Source: an uncultured Clostridia bacterium (GTDB taxonomy: Bacteria > Bacillota > Clostridia > Oscillospirales > CAG-272). Taken from it: a stretch of DNA of 62,972 nucleotides. Shown here piece by piece: positions 58,506-62,972 of the stretch. The stretch spans positions 1 to 62,972 of the forward strand of contig CAMJCC010000001.1 in NCBI GenBank assembly GCA_946404035.1, in the 5' to 3' direction. The notes below the pieces were generated by a model. The model had not been told where the DNA came from, did no database searches, and saw only the letters and a list, made by a program, of their open reading frames with translations. Every line of letters begins with the position of its first letter. Position 1 is the first letter of the stretch. Both the position numbers and the translations under genes were made by a program.

Positions 58506-61100
58506 TCAGTCGGCGAACCGATAGTAGATCGCCGCCGGGTAGTTGTTGCCATCGATCTCGATCGACGCCGCCGCTGGATCGGCGACCGCCTCGACCTGCT
58601 GGACGAAATCACGACCGCAGGTCATCGACTGATCGGCGATCACGAGATAGTTGTCCGAACCCTTGTAGTAATCGACGATGGTGATGTTTGCCTTCGCGGC
58701 GCTGATATCGTTGTCGTGATAAACCAGTTGATCGTTCTCGATCGACGCGGTAAAGAGCAGCGCGCCGGGCGTATCGGTCGCCCAAGCCGACGAGTCGTAT
58801 TGGAGGATCATTTCGCCGTCCAGATAGATCGTAATGATATACGTGTACTCCACGGCGGCGCCGACCTTCGCCGCTTCCTGATGGACGCGGGCGCCGACGC
58901 GATGCCAGCCGTACTCGCCGATATTCGGGTGCCGGTCCTCGGGATTGGTCGGATAGACGTAGGTCGTGCCTGCCCTCTCTTTCGCGGAAAACTTGCCGGG
59001 CGTTGCACTCTGCAGATCGATATTGGCGATATCCGAACCGTCGTTGACGCCGATGTCAAAGGTCGAACCTGATCCGTAGACGGACGCCATCGTACTGTTC
59101 CAGAGGATCGAGAACTCGATCAGAAGGTCGTTGCCGTTGTAGCCGTTCGACGCGTCGGGGTAAAAATGACCTTCGCCGCGAAGAGATTGGAATGTCGGTC
59201 TGACGTCCCAGGTACCTTTCGTCTTGCTGCTTGATTTCAAGATGGTCGGACCGCCGTACGCCACCACCCCGTAGACTGTGTCGTGGCAGAGCGTGCATTC
59301 GCCGGTCTTCGTGCCGTCGGCGAGCAGCGTCGGTTGGACGGTGGTCGTCCAGGAAGCGACGTCATGCGCGTTTGGATCGACGGCAACGACGCGCGCCGTA
59401 TCGGAAACGATCGCGTCGCAAACGGTGCAATGCTTGGATTCGGAACCCGCCGCTACGCAGGTCGGAGCCAGATCGAGCGTATACTCGGCGGCGGGGGTAT
59501 GGGCGACCGTCGCGATCGGTTCCACCGTTTCGGGAATGATCGCATCGCACAGCGTGCAGTGCTTGGAGCGCGAGCCCGGTGTAGTACAGGTCGGCGCAAG
59601 ATCGACCGTGAATTCCGCCGCCGGCGTATGCGCGTCTCCCGTCTCGGGGATCACGACGATGGTATCGTCGATGATCGCGCCGCAGACCGTGCAGTGATAA
59701 GACTTGTAGCCGGAGGTCGTGCAGGTCGGTGCAAGATCGACCGTATACTCCGTCGCGGCGATATGGTCGTGCGTAAGGGTGAACCACATCTTCGCGGACA
59801 GATCGACGCTCTCCTCGACCTCGATGGTGGCGTCTGCGGGATCGTAGACCGGAACGACGCTCTGCACGAAATCGGTACCGCAGGTCATGAAAGGATCGGC
59901 AATTCCGAGGTAGGTGTTCGACACGGTATAATAGCTCTCGATGGAGATCGAACCCTTGCTGTTGTTTGAAGTATTGGCGTGATAAACCAGTTGATCGTTC
60001 TCGATCGTCGCGGTGTAGAGCAGCGCGCCGGGATTGGCGGTCGCCCAAGTCGACGAATCGAATTTGAGGATCATTTCGCCGTCCAGATAGATCGTAATGA
60101 TATACGTGTACTGCACGGCGGCACCGACTTTCGCTGCTTCCTGATGGACGCGGACGCCGACGCGATGCCAGCCGTACTCGCCGATGCTCGGACGTTTGAC
60201 CGTTTCATCCGCCGTGATCTCACCCGGCGTCGGATAAATATACGTCGTGCCGGTTCTCTCTTTGGCGGAGAATTTGCCGGCGTTTCCGCCTTTCAAATCG
60301 ATATTGGCGATATCGGAACCGTCCGAGACGCCGATGTCAAAGGTGGATCCTGCTCCGCTGTTCAGCGACCCGTTCCAGAGGATCGAGAACTCGATCAGAA
60401 GGTCGTTGCCGTTGTAGCCGTTTGACGCGTCGGGATAGTACTTTTCCTCACCGCAAATATTCTTGTAGGGGCGGGAATCGATAAAACGGTTTCCGTAGGC
60501 ACAGTATTGTCCCGACGTCGGAAGGTTCGAGTTCAGAACATAGGGCTCGCCGCTCTTGACGCCGTCCAGGTTACATCCGTCGCAATGCCCCGGTAAGAGC
60601 TGCGGGTCGTGCTTGTGTCCCGCGGCGGAGCAGACGGTCGTATCCAGCGTTTCGCCGTACCGGATCTCCCCGTCGTCGACGTAGGGACGGACGTAGAGCG
60701 CGCCGTCAAAGTATTCGTGCGGGATATCGGTCAGTTTGACCGCGACCCAAAAGCGGCCGTCCCCCGCCGATTGCGGCGTTCCGCTCGCTATGATCGTAGA
60801 GTAGACCTTGCTCGTCGGTTTTTTGACGCAGCCCGCGCCGCCGACCGTGGGAGCGGCGTTCGTTTTCGAGAAGACGAAGCCGACCTCGTCGTAAGCGAGG
60901 GTCCCGATCGTGAAGAGGAAGCGCAGATCGGTGTCTGCGTCGCCGGCAAGATCAAGCGCCGAGAGGGTCTGGACCCCGTAGTCCTCGATCTCCGCGGGTT
61001 CCGCCGACGCCGTGATCGGCAGGATCACAGCGACCGAAACGACCAGGATCGCAAAGATCAGGAGGAGCGACAAGCTCCCTGCTTTCGTTTTGTTCTTCAT
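58506..61100 (-). CDS. 864-aa secreted protein: shared N-module, two copies of the YYRxAD-type domain flanking four Cys3His modules
   Basis: AAGGAGAA RBS. Signal peptide ...ITASA/EP. Internal duplication (residues ~221-442 and ~646-864). Ends IYYRFAD. Confidence 0.75.
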   Translation of the reverse strand: MKNKTKAGSLSLLLIFAILVVSVAVILPITASAEPAEIEDYGVQTLSALDLAGDADTDLRFLFTIGTLAYDEVGFVFSKTNAAPTVGGAGCVKKPTSKVYSTIIASGTPQSAGDGRFWVAVKLTDIPHEYFDGALYVRPYVDDGEIRYGETLDTTVCSAAGHKHDPQLLPGHCDGCNLDGVKSGEPYVLNSNLPTSGQYCAYGNRFIDSRPYKNICGEEKYYPDASNGYNGNDLLIEFSILWNGSLNSGAGSTFDIGVSDGSDIANIDLKGGNAGKFSAKERTGTTYIYPTPGEITADETVKRPSIGEYGWHRVGVRVHQEAAKVGAAVQYTYIITIYLDGEMILKFDSSTWATANPGALLYTATIENDQLVYHANTSNNSKGSISIESYYTVSNTYLGIADPFMTCGTDFVQSVVPVYDPADATIEVEESVDLSAKMWFTLTHDHIAATEYTVDLAPTCTTSGYKSYHCTVCGAIIDDTIVVIPETGDAHTPAAEFTVDLAPTCTTPGSRSKHCTLCDAIIPETVEPIATVAHTPAAEYTLDLAPTCVAAGSESKHCTVCDAIVSDTARVVAVDPNAHDVASWTTTVQPTLLADGTKTGECTLCHDTVYGVVAYGGPTILKSSSKTKGTWDVRPTFQSLRGEGHFYPDASNGYNGNDLLIEFSILWNSTMASVYGSGSTFDIGVNDGSDIANIDLQSATPGKFSAKERAGTTYVYPTNPEDRHPNIGEYGWHRVGARVHQEAAKVGAAVEYTYIITIYLDGEMILQYDSSAWATDTPGALLFTASIENDQLVYHDNDISAAKANITIVDYYKGSDNYLVIADQSMTCGRDFVQQVEAVADPAAASIEIDGNNYPAAIYYRFAD
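58509..59165 (-). repeat. intragenic duplication, copy 2 of the YYRxAD-type domain
   Basis: Long identical runs with 59775..60440, for example a 41-nt run CATTTCGCCGTCCAGATAGATCGTAATGATATACGTGTACT and a 48-nt run CCAGAGGATCGAGAACTCGATCAGAAGGTCGTTGCCGTTGTAGCCGTT. Confidence 0.85.
59265..59774 (-). repeat. four tandem ~44-aa Cys3His modules (H-x13-C-x9-HC-x2-C)
   Basis: HIAATEYTVDLAPTCTTSGYKSYHCTVC / HTPAAEFTVDLAPTCTTPGSRSKHCTLC / HTPAAEYTLDLAPTCVAAGSESKHCTVC / a degenerate fourth module with only CTLC. Confidence 0.8.
59775..60440 (-). repeat. intragenic duplication, copy 1 of the YYRxAD-type domain
   Basis: See 58509..59165. Copies are offset by about 1.26-1.28 kb. Confidence 0.85.
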
Positions 61101-61251
61101 TTCATTATTCTCCTTACTTGATTATCGTCGTACCTCCCGACCGGAAACGGTCCGGAGGGCGGTTTTGGGTGTTTTCGAGAGGATACCGGGGCCGCCGGAT
61201 ACGGGAACAGGAGAAAAACCGTACCGGTCAGCCCCGGGTTGTTGCGTTCAA

Positions 61252-62580
61252 TCAGTCGACTTTTGCTTGGAAATACATCGCCGCGGGAGCGATGACGTCG
61301 TCAGAGGTGTCTTCGGTGCCCAGATCGTCGAGAGTAAGGGTCGCAGGCGCGGGATCGGCGACCGCCTCGACCTGCTGGACGAAATCGTGACCACAAGTCA
61401 TATAGGTATCGGCGATCGCACAGTAGATATCGGTCCCCTTGTAGAAGTCATAGATCGCGATCTCGCCCCAGGCGTTCTGCGCGTCATTGTCGTGATACAC
61501 CAGTTGATCATCCTCGATCGTCGCGGTGTAAAGCAGCGCGCCCTTGTTGTCCTTCGCCCACTTGGACAGATCGAACGCGAGGATCAGTTCGCCGTCAAGG
61601 TACGTTTCGCCGGTAAAGACGTAGACCACGGCGCCCTCGACGATCGTCGCCTCCTGATGGATGCGGATGGCAACGCGGTGCCAGCCGTAGTCGCCGATGC
61701 TCGGATACTTCGCACTCGGATCTGCCGCAATCGCGGCAGCGCTCGGAGTCGACAGGATCGCGCCCTTGCCGTCGTTCCGGTCACGGGCGGAGAAGCCGCC
61801 GACGACCGTGCCGTAGCGGGCGTTCGCATTCTCATTCAGTTTGAGGTTTACGAAGTCGGAGCCGTCGCCGACCGTGATATCGAAGGTCCAGCCGTTCCCG
61901 TGCGACAGCGTTTCGTTATAAAGGATCGAGAACTCGATCAGGAGGTCGTTGCCCTTGTCATTTTCTGCGGTCGGATAGAAGTGGTCTTCCCCGCGGATCG
62001 TGGAATAGAGCCGTTTGTCCACTTTGTTCCCGGACGCCTTGTCGTTGGCGTTCCAGATATCCGGCTCGTAGGTCAGTTCTACGACGACCGGGTTGTCGCA
62101 GATCACGCAGGTGCCGGTTTTGCTGCCGTTCGGCGAAAGCAGGGTGGGTTCGACCGTGACCCATTCCTCCACCTTATGCGCGTTCTTGTCGATCTCCAAC
62201 GGCACGACGGTACTTTCAACGATCTGTCCGCACTGAACGCAGTGCCGGGACTTGGAACCCGCTGTCAGACAGGTCGGTTCCTTATCGGTCGTGTAGTCGT
62301 CAGACGGGATATGCGCCGTTTTTTCGATGGGCTCGGTGGAGCCGGGCTTCATCGCGTTGCACTTGGAACAATGGATGGACTTGGAGCCCTCCTGCGCGCA
62401 GGTGGCGGGGACGTCGATCGTGTACTCGGTGCTCCATTCGTGGGCGCACTCGGTCGTTGCGGCGGTGGTCTCCGGAGCCGCAGTGGTGCTCTTTGCCTTA
62501 TCTTTTCCGCAGGACGCGAAAGCAAAAACGCAAAGAACAAGGGAAAGGACCAGCGCGAGAATAACCGATAGTTTTTTCAT
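61252..62580 (-). CDS. 442-aa lipoprotein: three Cys3His modules plus a YYRxAD-type domain
   Basis: Start MKKLSVILALVLSLVLCVFAFASCG (lipobox) after an AAGGAGAA RBS. Domain blocks FYPTAENDKGNDLLIEFSILYN, IGDYGWHRVAIRIHQEA, YLDGELIL, DQLVYH, MTCGHDFVQQVEAVADPA. This copy ends MYFQAKVD instead of YYRxAD. Confidence 0.75.
   Translation of the reverse strand: MKKLSVILALVLSLVLCVFAFASCGKDKAKSTTAAPETTAATTECAHEWSTEYTIDVPATCAQEGSKSIHCSKCNAMKPGSTEPIEKTAHIPSDDYTTDKEPTCLTAGSKSRHCVQCGQIVESTVVPLEIDKNAHKVEEWVTVEPTLLSPNGSKTGTCVICDNPVVVELTYEPDIWNANDKASGNKVDKRLYSTIRGEDHFYPTAENDKGNDLLIEFSILYNETLSHGNGWTFDITVGDGSDFVNLKLNENANARYGTVVGGFSARDRNDGKGAILSTPSAAAIAADPSAKYPSIGDYGWHRVAIRIHQEATIVEGAVVYVFTGETYLDGELILAFDLSKWAKDNKGALLYTATIEDDQLVYHDNDAQNAWGEIAIYDFYKGTDIYCAIADTYMTCGHDFVQQVEAVADPAPATLTLDDLGTEDTSDDVIAPAAMYFQAKVD
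62077..62448 (-). repeat. three tandem Cys3His modules in the 442-aa lipoprotein
   Basis: HEWSTEYTIDVPATCAQEGSKSIHCSKC / HIPSDDYTTDKEPTCLTAGSKSRHCVQC / a degenerate third module (CVIC). Confidence 0.8.
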
Positions 62581-62662
62581 TTTTGTTCTCCTTTTATTTA
62601 TTGATACGGGGGGGATATCGGACAAACGACTGCAGCGTCGCGCGCCCTTCCCCCTTGCCTCC

Positions 62663-62691
62663 ATTGTACACGATTGAATACCAAATTGCAA
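62663..62691 (-). promoter_or_regulatory. promoter of the 62580..55441 gene string (TTGCAA-17-TACAAT)
   Basis: Minus strand, about 75-nt leader before ATG 62580. Confidence 0.5.
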
Positions 62692-62972
62692 TACATCATA
62701 GCGTTTTAACGCAAAAACGGCTTTATATACAAAAAATAGATGCTTCATTTGTGCAGAGTGCCTATAAACGTTTTTGGCACAGGTCCAAAGCCGGGCGCCG
62801 CAGGCGCAGTTCTGAGTTATGAGTACGGCGTCGCCCTGCGAAGCCGTACGTTATGATTTTGCCGCCCCATATCGGAGCGGCAAAAGTGATCAGCCGCGCC
62901 CACGCGGCGTTTGGTAACGTTCTTCCCTTACCCACCCGCGCCAGCAGATGCCGCCTCGGCTTTCGCAGGCGA

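Noticed and set aside
62823-62972. Open frames running off the right edge (plus-strand MILPPHIGAAKVIS..., and a minus-strand Arg-rich frame ending at 62761).
   Set aside because: No RBS or recognisable motif, and the Arg-rich composition is typical of noise. The region is dominated by hairpins, so it is treated as non-coding.

Overview
A 63 kb GC-rich chromosomal segment with strong GC3 codon bias. By gene content it looks like an anaerobic Firmicute of the Clostridia, possibly Oscillospiraceae-like; this is inference only, since no search was possible. I call 46 CDS. Most are housekeeping: serS, a tandem pair of CNNM/CorC genes, ftsK, a DJ-1 family gene, a complete rnfCDGEAB operon followed by a DUF512 gene, a copA-type P-type ATPase, an Sfp-type PPTase, a CarD-like regulator, a DeoR regulator divergent from a three-gene FAD-oxidoreductase/DUF1667 module, typA, thiamine diphosphokinase, potABCD, ligA, an ABC-2 exporter pair, upp and an RluA-family synthase. 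I recognised no rRNA, tRNA, CRISPR array, transposase, integrase or phage genes. Many transcription units open with near-consensus sigma-70 promoters (TTGACA or TTGCAx, 17 bp spacer, TATAAT-like -10). Most convergent gene pairs are separated by clean bidirectional hairpin terminators. The unusual content is a mosaic set of large lipoproteins and secreted proteins that swap modules. These modules are a cadherin-like/InlB-repeat stalk, transglutaminase-like heads, an SBP-like domain, tandem Cys3His mini-modules, an unassigned C-terminal domain of about 220 aa that ends YYRxAD in two of the three genes, and a shared N-terminal module of about 110 aa. The densest case is the minus-strand locus 53.5-62.7 kb. 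There, two proteins of this family and an unannotated 42-codon ORF sit directly upstream of a heparinase II/III-like lyase. Beyond a terminator and a further promoter lies a cytoplasmic six-hairpin glycosidase-like gene. This locus is my best candidate for an undescribed surface glycan capture and degradation system. Long ORFs antisense to recognisable genes are treated as GC artefacts.
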